From the IMG/VR virus record IMGVR_UViG_3300009184_000001, positions 1 through 64,000 of that record: 64,000 bases of DNA, one strand, 5' to 3'. How positions within the stretch are numbered: position 1 is the first letter of the stretch; each line of letters starts with the position of its first letter. The notes beneath the pieces are model-generated. The model ran no database searches. It was given only the letters and a program-made list of their open reading frames with translations, and was not told where the DNA came from. The position numbers and the translations under genes were made by a program. Shown piece by piece: positions 38,643 to 48,263 of the stretch. The DNA is from a virus.

Positions 38643-38743
38643 TTTTTGCTCCTTTCAGAAGCGGTCGTTAGATTATTGTTTTAGGGGTGTTGCGGATTAT
38701 ATGGCTGTTATGAAACTTTTATAACAACGCATAACTTCCATAT

Positions 38744-39499
38744 TTATCCAAAGAGCCCTTGTCCACTGTTTTTACCTGAGCCAAGTAACTTAGCTCTATT
38801 CTTCGCATAGTCTGCCATTGACATGTTATTAATGTCATTAGGTGAATACGTACGTGAGTCCGAGTCGTTGTCGAGGGGTCCGGAAGCCGGGCTCGTAATA
38901 CGAGTTCCAGCCATTTCCTTGCGGCTCTGCTGTGCAACTTGCGCAACAGAATCGAAGATTTTCGCAGAGCGTTCTTTAAGACCAAGGATGCTCTGCTCAA
39001 TTTCATCCTTAGAATTACCAGAAATTAGGTCAACTAGTTCTGGAATAATATTATCGCGTTCTGTTTCCATACGCTGTTGGCGGTATGCCGATAGTTCCTG
39101 AAACTCACGCTCACGTTCAAGAAGAGCAAATGCCTTCTCACGTTCTTGGCGTTCAGAGTTAAGCTTTTCAGCCCACTCCTGCTCTTTAACCGCAAGTAGG
39201 TCACGAACTTCAAGTTCAGCCTCTTCTTGCTTCTTACGTTCTGCTACGGCCTGTGCTTCACGTGCTGCACGTTGTGCCTTACGTTCTGCGTCCTTAGCGT
39301 CACGCTCTTGCTTTTCATTACGAAGACTAGCAAGTTCTTCTTGTAGCTTCTCTACCTGAGGGTATAGCTTAGCCTTCTCCTGAGCACGCGCCTTTGCAAT
39401 ATCATCGGCACTGAACTGGTTCTGCACTGCTACCTCCTCAGCAAAAGCTGCATTAGTAATTGATTCAGTAGATTCTACTACTTCTAGGTTTTCATCCAT
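38744..39499 (-). CDS. Capsid scaffolding protein
   Basis: Glu/Arg/Lys coiled coil; C-terminal INNMSMADYAKNRAKLL; between portal and capsid. Confidence 0.85.
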   Translation of the reverse strand: MDENLEVVESTESITNAAFAEEVAVQNQFSADDIAKARAQEKAKLYPQVEKLQEELASLRNEKQERDAKDAERKAQRAAREAQAVAERKKQEEAELEVRDLLAVKEQEWAEKLNSERQEREKAFALLEREREFQELSAYRQQRMETERDNIIPELVDLISGNSKDEIEQSILGLKERSAKIFDSVAQVAQQSRKEMAGTRITSPASGPLDNDSDSRTYSPNDINNMSMADYAKNRAKLLGSGKNSGQGLFG

Positions 39500-39627
39500 T
39501 ATTATTCTCTTTTCATTCTCTTGGTCGTTTTCCGTATTAATGCCACATGACCTTGTCAGTCGTACTTATTAAGTAACATCATAATTATATTTTGTTACCT
39601 AATTAAATAATGCCTTAAACTAAAGCA

Positions 39628-41358
39628 TTAATCTTTGTCAACTTGTCTGCGTGCTGGAATTTGTGTTCCATACGCTCCAGCTACCAAAGAATTCCTTATT
39701 TCATCTTCACCCTGCAACTGCTCTTGAGCTACTGCTTGGTCTTCCTCTGCGGCTACTCCTGAGCCTTGAGGGCCTAGTTGACCGTCACCTAGTAAGTCTC
39801 CATTGCCCATCATCATTGGGTCCATAGGAGTAGCAGTGCCGTCAGGGCCTACCATCATTCCAGTTAAGTCCATAAGCTGCTTAGTAATTTGAGCCTTAAC
39901 AAGGTTAAGTGCACCTTCAGACTTAGCGTCCTCAATAAGTTCAGAACGAATCTCCTGCAGCTTTTCTTCAGGGAATTCTTCACCCAGAGCACGCAAAGCG
40001 CCTTCTTTAGACTCAAGACCCATAGACATTTTTTGCTGAAGTTCGTTCAACATAACAATCTTGTCTAGTGGTAGAGGCGGTTCAAAGTGAACATAGTTGC
40101 TGTATGTAATTGGGTCGTTAGGGTCAAGCTGAGGAAGTTGACCCTCTTTAATTGGCCCATCCTCTTCAGGATTATAAACCATAGTTTCTGGTTCTTTAAT
40201 AGCAAGGTTAAGAATAACAAGCTGGTTAATCTTTTCAATACCTTTACCGTATTGTGTGCTCTTCTGTGACCAACGGTTCATCAAAGGCTGGAACTGGATA
40301 GAAAGCGCAACACCGGAGGTATTCGAAATAGGCTGTGCTTGACCCAATGCAGACTCTGGAATGTTCATCATTTCGTGCATGGAGCGCTTTAATGTTTCAA
40401 GGTATTGTAGAGCACCCTGAATACCTGCACCGCCGCCTTCAAGGTTAAACACCTGGGCGTCTTTAGGTAGACCACCCCAAACCTTCTTAGCACCCTTTTC
40501 AAGGTTAGAAGCCTTAGCACCAACGATTACTGTAACAGGTGCAGCATGGTAGTTAATGATATCCGCGATGTCTGTAGAAATTTCGTTATATGCACGGTTG
40601 ATAGTAATGATATCGTGGGCATCAGCAAGGCCCCATGGAGAACCAGATACAGGGATGTTTGGGATATGTACTACAGGAATCATTCCCAGTGGGTTTGGGC
40701 GAGAGTCAATCAACTCATCATTAACGTATTCTTCAATGATGTCATCAGTAAGAATTTCAGTGTAAGTAAAGACCTGACGAGTTCCTTCTAGAGATGTGCC
40801 CCAGAAACGGTACTTCTGCTTAAATCTAAGCAATCTTTCGCGGTCGTGAGGATGGAACTCAGGGAAACAGAAAGCAGGGTTTAATGGAAGAATGCGTACG
40901 CGGCCAGGGTGGAAACGGCCAATGGTATCTTCCCAGGCTTCTTCGTAAGCTACTTTAACAAAGCAGTCACCAGTGATTCCACCAGTCTGTGCCATTTCAA
41001 ATAGGATACGTTGCTTATTGTTATCAAGTTCCCAAACACGTTCTAGACGGTCAGGAATAATAGCTTCAGTTGCTTTAGGGGAGCGAAAGTGCACTCCATT
41101 ACCAAAAGTAAATCTTGCTAGGTAATCAATGAAAGCACGGTAGTAATTTACCGAAATCTGCATTTCGCCTTGCTCACGGCGGTAACCCCAGTGATGCCCG
41201 AGGTACATCGCCCAGTTGAGCGAGTAACGGTTTAGACGAGGACCGTGAACCTCAAACTCTTCATCAGCAAGTTCTACAAGACCCAGAGGGGAGATGCTGA
41301 TTGTAAGGTCAGAAGAGGAAGCTCTATAGCTTGGTGGTGAAAAGTCTAAGAATGACAC
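39628..41358 (-). CDS. Portal protein (SPP1 gp6-like)
   Basis: 576 aa; GGITGDCFVKV, NPLGMIPVVHIPN, SNTSGVAL. Confidence 0.9.
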   Translation of the reverse strand: MSFLDFSPPSYRASSSDLTISISPLGLVELADEEFEVHGPRLNRYSLNWAMYLGHHWGYRREQGEMQISVNYYRAFIDYLARFTFGNGVHFRSPKATEAIIPDRLERVWELDNNKQRILFEMAQTGGITGDCFVKVAYEEAWEDTIGRFHPGRVRILPLNPAFCFPEFHPHDRERLLRFKQKYRFWGTSLEGTRQVFTYTEILTDDIIEEYVNDELIDSRPNPLGMIPVVHIPNIPVSGSPWGLADAHDIITINRAYNEISTDIADIINYHAAPVTVIVGAKASNLEKGAKKVWGGLPKDAQVFNLEGGGAGIQGALQYLETLKRSMHEMMNIPESALGQAQPISNTSGVALSIQFQPLMNRWSQKSTQYGKGIEKINQLVILNLAIKEPETMVYNPEEDGPIKEGQLPQLDPNDPITYSNYVHFEPPLPLDKIVMLNELQQKMSMGLESKEGALRALGEEFPEEKLQEIRSELIEDAKSEGALNLVKAQITKQLMDLTGMMVGPDGTATPMDPMMMGNGDLLGDGQLGPQGSGVAAEEDQAVAQEQLQGEDEIRNSLVAGAYGTQIPARRQVDKD

Positions 41359-41600
41359 TACTTATCGTCCTTATCTTTACCCCGGTTGCGTGCCAGGACT
41401 TCTCTGCGGTGCTCTATAACCCTCTTCATTAGAGACTTACGTTCTGCAAGTTTTGCACTATCTTCAAACCTTCCGCCAAGTTCTAGGTAACGTTGGTGTA
41501 CCCAGTGGCTTGCTCCTGGAGAAGGATAGATTCTGTACTTAGCTTTAGCTTGGCCTACCACCATAGCGTAAAGCTTTTCATTCAAAGGTACCTCTGCCAT
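41358..41600 (-). CDS. Hypothetical protein
   Basis: 80 aa; LY..V..QAKAKY..YPS...S.W...Y..LGG; GAGGAG RBS. Confidence 0.75.
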   Translation of the reverse strand: MAEVPLNEKLYAMVVGQAKAKYRIYPSPGASHWVHQRYLELGGRFEDSAKLAERKSLMKRVIEHRREVLARNRGKDKDDK

Positions 41601-41659
41601 AATTCTCCTCTAATCGAAGACACCCCGCCCTTGCGGGCAGGGGTCCATCGAAGCCCTAA

Positions 41660-42055
41660 TTAGTCCTGAACAACTGTTGCGTTAAGACGCATCATGCGTC
41701 CGCCCGAAACAACCTTGGTCTCTACAACCTGTTCAGCATTGTTTGAGAATGAGCCATGAGCAAATTCTCCTAGGAATGTTGGTGCCTCTGCCCAAGAAGC
41801 TGAACCTACGTGAGCACGCTCACCCATAGTTTCTTCAGCAGTCTTAGTGTGTACTGGTGCATTACGGTTTGGACGACCAGGAGCAGCAGCAAAGCCGCTC
41901 ATGATTCCAGTCTGAAACTCAGTTGGGACGTCAGTATCTGTAGCAAGACCTTCTTCAAAACGAAGAGGGCCACGACGCTCAGGGTTACCTGACATCTTCA
42001 TTTCATAGCCTTGAGGTGCGCGTTCAGGGAACTGTGGTTGTGGGGCGATACCCAT
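41660..42055 (-). CDS. Conserved hypothetical (probable virion) protein
   Basis: Start moved to ATG 42055 after AAGGAG; RRGPLRFEEGLATDTDVP. Confidence 0.75.
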   Translation of the reverse strand: MGIAPQPQFPERAPQGYEMKMSGNPERRGPLRFEEGLATDTDVPTEFQTGIMSGFAAAPGRPNRNAPVHTKTAEETMGERAHVGSASWAEAPTFLGEFAHGSFSNNAEQVVETKVVSGGRMMRLNATVVQD

Positions 42056-42149
42056 GGGAACTCCTTTAAAGTTAAATTGGAAAGGAACTAGTATTTCCAA
42101 TATCTAGTTTGTCTGTTTTATCGAAATATTTCATAGTCAACTCAGATTT

Positions 42150-43811
42150 TTAGAAAAAAGCTGAATTTGATACTTCAATCTCTGGCATTACTAGTGACTG
42201 GGTTAGAGAACAAGCAATAGCTAAAGAGTCTACAAAGTCATCGTGGGCGTAGGATTCATCCGGAGCTTCGACTACAAAGTTTGGTCCTTTATATTTTATT
42301 TCAACATCTGTCATTTGTTGTATAAAACGTTTATGTACTCTTAGTCTACGTGTTTTTGCGTGGTTTGGGTAGCTAAGCGAACGTCTTTGTATTAAAGCTT
42401 GTAAATGTTTAAATCTTTTAGATTGTTCGCTCTGGCTAGAGGTTAAAGGGAATACATCTGAACGGCCTAATAATAGTTTAAGACGTTGGGCTACTGCGTC
42501 ACCAACACCATTGGCGTCTACTCCAACTGCAAGTACATCATAGTTAGAAAGGAAGTTTACTATTTGGAAGTATTGTTCTTCCCAGTCATCGCCTTGTATT
42601 TCAAGCCAGTTAAGGATTCGGTGGTCAAAATAGCCAAACTCATCGGGCCTGTCCCAGTCCACCCAGACAACTGTGACAACAGTGGAGTCCATTTTTCGAG
42701 CAGGGTCGATTCCGACCACAACAGGGGTTTTATGCCATGTCTTGACGAGCTCTTGAGATGTGTCACCAAGCTCATCCAATAAGGTAGTCGTAACAAACAT
42801 GCCTCGTTCAAGTAGCCATTTGCAGTTGTACGACATCTGGAACTCATCAGAATCTTCTCCAATTCTTAACATCTCTTGTTTAATAAACGTTTTATAGTTT
42901 GTGTTGACTTTAGATACATCTCTCCAGTCCCATTGGAAATGGTTCTGTCTTCTGCCTCGTTCAGTCTGTAATCTTTTATTTAGTTGAATCGCTTTATAGA
43001 AGTTGTTCTTAGAAGTTGTTGGGGTACCAGTCTTAACCATGATACCTGCGTAATACGCTAGCATAGGGGCAATAGACTTAGAAACAACAAAGTCATCAGC
43101 TTCTTGGCACTCATCAATAACGATAAGATGGAACGACTTAGATTCAATCTTAGCTCTAGGGTTAGCAGTCATCATTGTTATGCTACTGCCTGAGTTCTTT
43201 AGGCGTACCATTCTTGTTACACCACCAATTTTAGCAGCCTGGTCGTCAATCTCTGGGTCACCCAAAAGCTCTTGGGCACGTTCAGAAGTTAACCTACTAA
43301 CAGTTCTACCAAATAATGTTTCTGCCTGGCCTTCAGTAGGAGCAAACAATCCAACCCAAATACCATTTTTATATTTGTCTAACAACTCTGGGTAAAGTAT
43401 AGATAGCTTTGGAAGAAGCACCATAAGTGTGGATACTGTGTTAGCAATAGTTTCTGACTTACCAGACTGACGAGATGCTAGAGCGGTAATCTCATCACCC
43501 TTACCAATTAAGACAGACTCAATAATTCTTCTAGCTAATGGTTGCTGGTAATCATGAAGAGCATATCCTACTAGGCCTTCCATAAAGAGCATGATTTTAT
43601 CTACTAATCGGTCGATAAAGTCTTGAGAAAAGACATCTTCTTCTTTTTCGTCTTCTTCTTCATCTTCTTCAAGAGCCTCTAGATTACGATAAAACTCTGG
43701 GTCAATTTCTTCAAACTGAACTTCTTCATTGTCGTAGTCAATTTCTGGGTCTAAGTCCCATGCCGAGGAGTCAAACTCTTGTTCTTCTTCGTACTCTTCT
43801 TCGGAGTTCAT
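42150..43811 (-). CDS. terL: Terminase large subunit
   Basis: ASRQSGKSE Walker A, LIVIDECQ Walker B, TGTP, VVGIDPA, HDDFVDSLA nuclease motifs. Confidence 0.95.
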   Translation of the reverse strand: MNSEEEYEEEQEFDSSAWDLDPEIDYDNEEVQFEEIDPEFYRNLEALEEDEEEDEKEEDVFSQDFIDRLVDKIMLFMEGLVGYALHDYQQPLARRIIESVLIGKGDEITALASRQSGKSETIANTVSTLMVLLPKLSILYPELLDKYKNGIWVGLFAPTEGQAETLFGRTVSRLTSERAQELLGDPEIDDQAAKIGGVTRMVRLKNSGSSITMMTANPRAKIESKSFHLIVIDECQEADDFVVSKSIAPMLAYYAGIMVKTGTPTTSKNNFYKAIQLNKRLQTERGRRQNHFQWDWRDVSKVNTNYKTFIKQEMLRIGEDSDEFQMSYNCKWLLERGMFVTTTLLDELGDTSQELVKTWHKTPVVVGIDPARKMDSTVVTVVWVDWDRPDEFGYFDHRILNWLEIQGDDWEEQYFQIVNFLSNYDVLAVGVDANGVGDAVAQRLKLLLGRSDVFPLTSSQSEQSKRFKHLQALIQRRSLSYPNHAKTRRLRVHKRFIQQMTDVEIKYKGPNFVVEAPDESYAHDDFVDSLAIACSLTQSLVMPEIEVSNSAFF

Positions 43812-44045
43812 CTATGCCCTTGTTTGTAGTTCTTTAATAATTGCAATAAGTGCCTCTGCACCTAACAGAGCTTCATCAAGAGAGTCTTGGCTTTTATTGC
43901 GCTGGTAGTGGGTTATTTCTTTTCCAATAACAAATAGTGCGTTCTCAACCCACATAACTAAATCAAGCGTCCCAATCCCAGATACCCTTTTCTGCAGTTT
44001 GCTGCTTGGCTGGTGTCCAGCCTTTTTCCTCTTGAAAATCTTCAT
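43812..44045 (-). CDS. Hypothetical protein upstream of terL
   Basis: 77 aa abutting the terL start. Confidence 0.65.
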   Translation of the reverse strand: MKIFKRKKAGHQPSSKLQKRVSGIGTLDLVMWVENALFVIGKEITHYQRNKSQDSLDEALLGAEALIAIIKELQTRA

Positions 44046-44289
44046 CAGTTAGTACCCGTCCTTGTATAGCGTTATTTAGTGCCGACTCTTCGTCTATTTG
44101 TTTTCCAGTCCACATACCAAAGACTACTGCCTTATGAAAGGGTAGTCTAAAGATTAATGGAGTTGCTGTACGGAATGGCTCTTTAATTTCTTGAGTCCAT
44201 CCACGTACTACTAGTTTATACCCCCATTTTACAGGAAAGTCTATAAACTGTATAAATCTTTTAGTTCCGATGTCGTGTGTCCGAGGCAT
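43963..44289 (-). CDS. Hypothetical protein
   Basis: Start moved to ATG 44289 (MPRTHDIG) after AAGGA. Confidence 0.65.
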   Translation of the reverse strand: MPRTHDIGTKRFIQFIDFPVKWGYKLVVRGWTQEIKEPFRTATPLIFRLPFHKAVVFGMWTGKQIDEESALNNAIQGRVLTDEDFQEEKGWTPAKQQTAEKGIWDWDA

Positions 44290-44296
44290 GTATTCC

Positions 44297-45268
44297 TTAT
44301 GGTCGTCTAGCTCTTCCTGCGTTTTTGTTTGGGTTATACCCCGCTTTTTTAGCAAGTTTATTTAAATCTCGTTTACGTTTAGCCCTAGTGTTTTGACCAG
44401 AACCTATTGATGGTTTACCAGTAGCTTGGTTAACTGTAGCAGTTTTATTTCTGTAATAAATCTGTGATGTTCTAGCAATTTTATATAAGAACTCTTGAGC
44501 AGTTGGGCTTAAGTTACTCATATCAGCAGGGCCGTGTTTGTAAGATAGAAGTTTACCGTCTATAGCTTGCCCACCGTTTTTAGTTTTACGGTTAAGCATT
44601 GGGCCTTTTGAAAAAGAGTCATGAAACTCAATCCAAACAGAAGGTGGTACATCATAATAATTATAGAAGGTTCCGTCACGAAACACAACTGTTAGTACAC
44701 CTGTATCTGTATCTTGGTTATAATCGTAACCAGCGGCTACTGTTCTAGGGCGTCTCCAGTTTGTTGTTGAGGTAGGAATGTCAGCTAAAGCTGAGGCTGC
44801 AGCCGGGGTTCCCTTGTATGTCCAACCTGACCTTTTACCCTGTGTTCTTTCTGGGGTTTCATACCCCGAACCTAGATAGGAATCTGCTGTAATACCTCGT
44901 TTATACAAAAGATTTTCAGTACTATTTTCTCCAAATTTAAAGAACTCATCTCCAAGACCGGAAAGCTCTGCAACTTGTGCTCTATTTTTAAATTGATTAT
45001 TATTTATATTAAAAATAGCTCGTTGAATTTCAGCTTGTCTAGAAGCTGTTGTTGAAGAAGCTAGACCCCCAAGAAAACCACGTTCATCATACTCTTCCCC
45101 AGCTAAACCTAAAGCTTCTCTTCGAGTATCAACATCCATAAACTCAGACACTTGACGCATGACTGTTTCACTAGCACCAAGCTGTTTACCTACCGGGTCA
45201 AATGCTTGAACGCCTGAACTCCGCAAGGCAAATTGGCCTAGGTTACTAGAGTTCAGGCGTTCAGCCAT
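44297..45268 (-). CDS. KTSC-domain protein
   Basis: AAGYD....VLTVVFRDGTFYNYYDVPPSVWIEFHDSFSKG matches the KTSC pattern. Confidence 0.75.
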   Translation of the reverse strand: MAERLNSSNLGQFALRSSGVQAFDPVGKQLGASETVMRQVSEFMDVDTRREALGLAGEEYDERGFLGGLASSTTASRQAEIQRAIFNINNNQFKNRAQVAELSGLGDEFFKFGENSTENLLYKRGITADSYLGSGYETPERTQGKRSGWTYKGTPAAASALADIPTSTTNWRRPRTVAAGYDYNQDTDTGVLTVVFRDGTFYNYYDVPPSVWIEFHDSFSKGPMLNRKTKNGGQAIDGKLLSYKHGPADMSNLSPTAQEFLYKIARTSQIYYRNKTATVNQATGKPSIGSGQNTRAKRKRDLNKLAKKAGYNPNKNAGRARRP

Positions 45269-45286
45269 TTTAAATTCCTTTAACTA

Positions 45287-46321
45287 TTAAGCCCAAGGAG
45301 TGATAGTGATTGCGGCTCCAGGAGCGGTACTTGCAGTCTCTGCAGCAATGCTCTGAGTCTTTACAGTTCCAGTAGCACCAGTTAGCTGGTTAGTTGCAGT
45401 TAGGCTTGCTGTGTTAGTAGCTGTACCAAATGCTGCGGAGCTAGTAATGGTTACGTAACCAGTACCAGAACCAGTTACAGTCCAAGTACCTACTACAGCA
45501 GCTGGAACAGAGTTACCAGAAGCAATAGTAATCTTAGTGTTTAGTAGGTAAGCAGTGTCTGCGCTAGCCGCGTAAATGTTGGCCGAGCTAGGCGTGGTTA
45601 CATCAACACGGGTAATTGTCTTAGCGGTGTTTGTTGCAGCAGTCGCAGTGGTAATAGTGTTAACTTCACCCTTTAGGCCACTTCTGATAGTTCCGGTAGA
45701 GTTAATATTTGCTGTGTCAGCAACAGTAAATGCTGCAGAGCTAGTAATAGTTACATAACCAGTTCCGTTACCAGCCACAGTCCACTCACCAAGAACGTAA
45801 GAAGGAACCTTAGTTGAACCTAGGGTACCAGCTACGATTGTAATCTTACTGTTAATTGGGTAAGTAGTATCTGCGTTTAGTGCGTAAATGTTAGCGCTAC
45901 TAGTGGTTGTTACGTTAACACGGGTAATGTCAGCAAATAGCTTGACGAAACCAGCATCTTCAAGTGCATCAATAGCAAGAGCAGTTGTCTTACCAAGAAC
46001 TAGTGGGACCTTGATGTAGTCAATTGTAGTGCTAGTGTCGGCACCACGGGTTCCCTGGTAGAATCCGTAGCTGTCTTTTGCTCCGATTTCATACAAAGGG
46101 TAACCATTGTAAGCTCCAACAACAGTATTGTGAACGCTTACAGTTGGGTCAAGTAGGGTGGACGGGAAAATGTTTCCGCTGTTTGTTGGGTTATCCTGAC
46201 GGTCATCGTTAGGCTGCATAGGGAAATTACCCCATACAAAGTCAACTTGAACGTTTGATTTGTCATCCAATGAATGACCATTATTATTTGTTGTGGCTCC
46301 AAGGCCGTTAACAATTGGCAT
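45287..46321 (-). CDS. Probable virion protein with split PASTA-like domain
   Basis: Start ATG 46321; VDFVWGNFPMQPNDDR; VPLVLGKTTALAIDALEDAGF ... GTVKTQS..A....GAAITIT. Confidence 0.65.
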   Translation of the reverse strand: MPIVNGLGATTNNNGHSLDDKSNVQVDFVWGNFPMQPNDDRQDNPTNSGNIFPSTLLDPTVSVHNTVVGAYNGYPLYEIGAKDSYGFYQGTRGADTSTTIDYIKVPLVLGKTTALAIDALEDAGFVKLFADITRVNVTTTSSANIYALNADTTYPINSKITIVAGTLGSTKVPSYVLGEWTVAGNGTGYVTITSSAAFTVADTANINSTGTIRSGLKGEVNTITTATAATNTAKTITRVDVTTPSSANIYAASADTAYLLNTKITIASGNSVPAAVVGTWTVTGSGTGYVTITSSAAFGTATNTASLTATNQLTGATGTVKTQSIAAETASTAPGAAITITPWA

Positions 46322-46323
46322 TT

Positions 46324-46566
46324 TTATTCTTCTTCCTGATTGCAATCATGAGTGTATAGTTCATCCTCGTAGAGAATGTCGCCACAGTATTTACAACGAA
46401 ACATGCGGACATCATCTAGTGCTTCGTGTAAGGAGTCGGAGTTTGGGAGCTCATCTTCTGCCCTGGGATTCTGCGCGAAAATCTCAGGAGGAAATGGTCC
46501 CCGAGGACTTGAGTAGCCACTAGGGACGGGGTGTCCCTGAACAGCGAACTTACGAATGAGAGGCAT
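46324..46566 (-). CDS. Small zinc-finger protein
   Basis: FRCKYCG...HDC; GAAGG RBS. Confidence 0.7.
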   Translation of the reverse strand: MPLIRKFAVQGHPVPSGYSSPRGPFPPEIFAQNPRAEDELPNSDSLHEALDDVRMFRCKYCGDILYEDELYTHDCNQEEE

Positions 46567-46630
46567 TTACCCAACCTTCTTTAAGTCTAATACTAGAGTG
46601 CACCATTTTAGCATATTTTTCAGTCTAAAT

Positions 46631-47140
46631 TTAAACGGCTTGAATAAACGGTTTTGAAGTGTCTGGCAAATCATTTTGGAATGTAGTACCAAGTTGTCCG
46701 CCTCTAGGAACATAGTACTTAGTTATTGGTGCTGGATATTTTTTAGTAGGGGATTGGTTTGTTGGCTCAATAGCTTGAATAGCACGATTACCCGGTTGAA
46801 GCAATTGTTGGCGGGATAACGCTGAGTTATACGCTAAGTGCCTTGCTTTCCAAGCACTATAATTACTTTTTTGACTATTGGTTGGCCTATTAGAAAGAAT
46901 GCTCATATCAGCATTGTGTCTAGAAAAAACGTTGTTAGTTTCTAAAGTTGCTAGTGGACGGGCTTTACGAGTAGCGTCCATTTTTTCTTGCATTACTTGA
47001 GACATTGGCTTAGTAGGTCTACTGCTTACCCAGTTTTTAAACTGTTTAGAATTTTTAATACTAGAAAGAGAGTTTTTTCCTTTTAATTTCCCTGTAGCAG
47101 TTGCAAGATGGTAACCTACTGTTTTAGGTGAACTAGCCAT
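46631..47140 (-). CDS. Hypothetical basic protein
   Basis: 169 aa, overlaps the upstream gene. Confidence 0.65.
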   Translation of the reverse strand: MASSPKTVGYHLATATGKLKGKNSLSSIKNSKQFKNWVSSRPTKPMSQVMQEKMDATRKARPLATLETNNVFSRHNADMSILSNRPTNSQKSNYSAWKARHLAYNSALSRQQLLQPGNRAIQAIEPTNQSPTKKYPAPITKYYVPRGGQLGTTFQNDLPDTSKPFIQAV

Positions 47141-47480
47141 TTATTTTACCCTCAATATTATCAAAGCGGTTGTTTCCCTCATCAAGTCTAGCATCAATTT
47201 GTTCTAGCTTCTTTTCAACTCGAGTGATAGCGTCTTTCATGGAAGAGCCGCCGTTACGCTTCAACTCACCGTCAATACGGTTTAAGCGCTCCATTACACC
47301 TGGCACGGCGGAACGACCAGGTGTTGCCGGTTCTCCAGCCCAATCTCTGTGGAAATCATCCCAGGCATCCATAGCAGCGTGTACACGGTCGCATACCGGC
47401 TTTAGAAGCCTCCAAAGCAATCCGAGTGCAGTTCCGACTGTTATGACGCCTGCGGCCCAATAAAAGACAATTTGGTCCAT
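47133..47480 (-). CDS. Single-TM coiled-coil membrane protein (lysis cassette)
   Basis: N-terminal TM; DWAGEP..PG..PGVMERL..NGGSSMKDA, common in actinophage lysis cassettes. Confidence 0.75.
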   Translation of the reverse strand: MDQIVFYWAAGVITVGTALGLLWRLLKPVCDRVHAAMDAWDDFHRDWAGEPATPGRSAVPGVMERLNRIDGELKRNGGSSMKDAITRVEKKLEQIDARLDEGNNRFDNIEGKING

Positions 47481-47599
47481 ATTACTTTATCCCCTTTTTT
47501 ACTCGATAGCCCCCGCCAAATCCTTCTCCAATAGGACGCCCAGGACCAGCCCACGAAATTTGTGAGCTAAGTGCTGGATGTCCTATGGAGCCTTGCATT

Positions 47600-48058
47600 T
47601 TACTTAAATAGCTTTAGTGGGTCTACTAGACGCTCAAATGGAAGTAAGTGTGCTTCTACACCTGAAAAGTCTTTACCCATAGTAGCGACAGTCATATGTA
47701 GATGAGCGCCTGTTGAGGCTGAGCCTGATGGGGTGTTCTTGCCACCACCAACTAGTCCTAGAACAGTTTGTCCACCAACAACCTTGTCACCCTTTTTTAG
47801 GGTTGGCTTTTCAGCTAGGTGAGCGTAAAGAACCCAGTGCTTAGCATCTTTTGATGAGTGGACAATAATCCAACCTAGAACGTCAGTCCATTCAACAAGA
47901 CCGACAGTTCCATCACAGATAGCTTTGATTGGGCTCTTTTCTTTTGGTGCCCAGTCCTGCCCGCGGTGTGGTCTACCATTGCGGTATGGAGCTAAGTTAC
48001 CGAGCTCATCTCCTCTAAGTTTTTTATCAAATGGTTCATGGTATACAAGTTCAGACAT
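47600..48058 (-). CDS. M23 peptidase, probable endolysin
   Basis: HRGQD, YAHL, STGAHLH; next to a holin-like gene. Confidence 0.85.
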   Translation of the reverse strand: MSELVYHEPFDKKLRGDELGNLAPYRNGRPHRGQDWAPKEKSPIKAICDGTVGLVEWTDVLGWIIVHSSKDAKHWVLYAHLAEKPTLKKGDKVVGGQTVLGLVGGGKNTPSGSASTGAHLHMTVATMGKDFSGVEAHLLPFERLVDPLKLFK

Positions 48059-48089
48059 GTTTGTCCTTTCGGGGTTATGTATCTATTGT

Positions 48090-48263
48090 CTATGATTTTT
48101 GTTTTAGTTTCCGCTTATACGTAGAAATAAAGCCTCTTTGGTATGCTATACACTCATTTGCGGTGTACTTACGAGTACTATTCGCGGTGTGTTCACGCCA
48201 ACTTATTAGTGCCAATTCTACCAACTCTTTATGTTTTGGCATATTTGGGTTACGTTTAAACAC
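48090..48263 (-). CDS. Hypothetical protein (57 aa)
   Basis: GTG overlaps the holin stop, GAGG RBS; MFKRNPNMPKHKELVEL... Confidence 0.5.
   Translation of the reverse strand: MFKRNPNMPKHKELVELALISWREHTANSTRKYTANECIAYQRGFISTYKRKLKQKS

Noticed and set aside
47443-47598. Small minus-strand ORF over the 47526-47590 hairpin
   Set aside because: No RBS and it overlaps the next gene out of frame.
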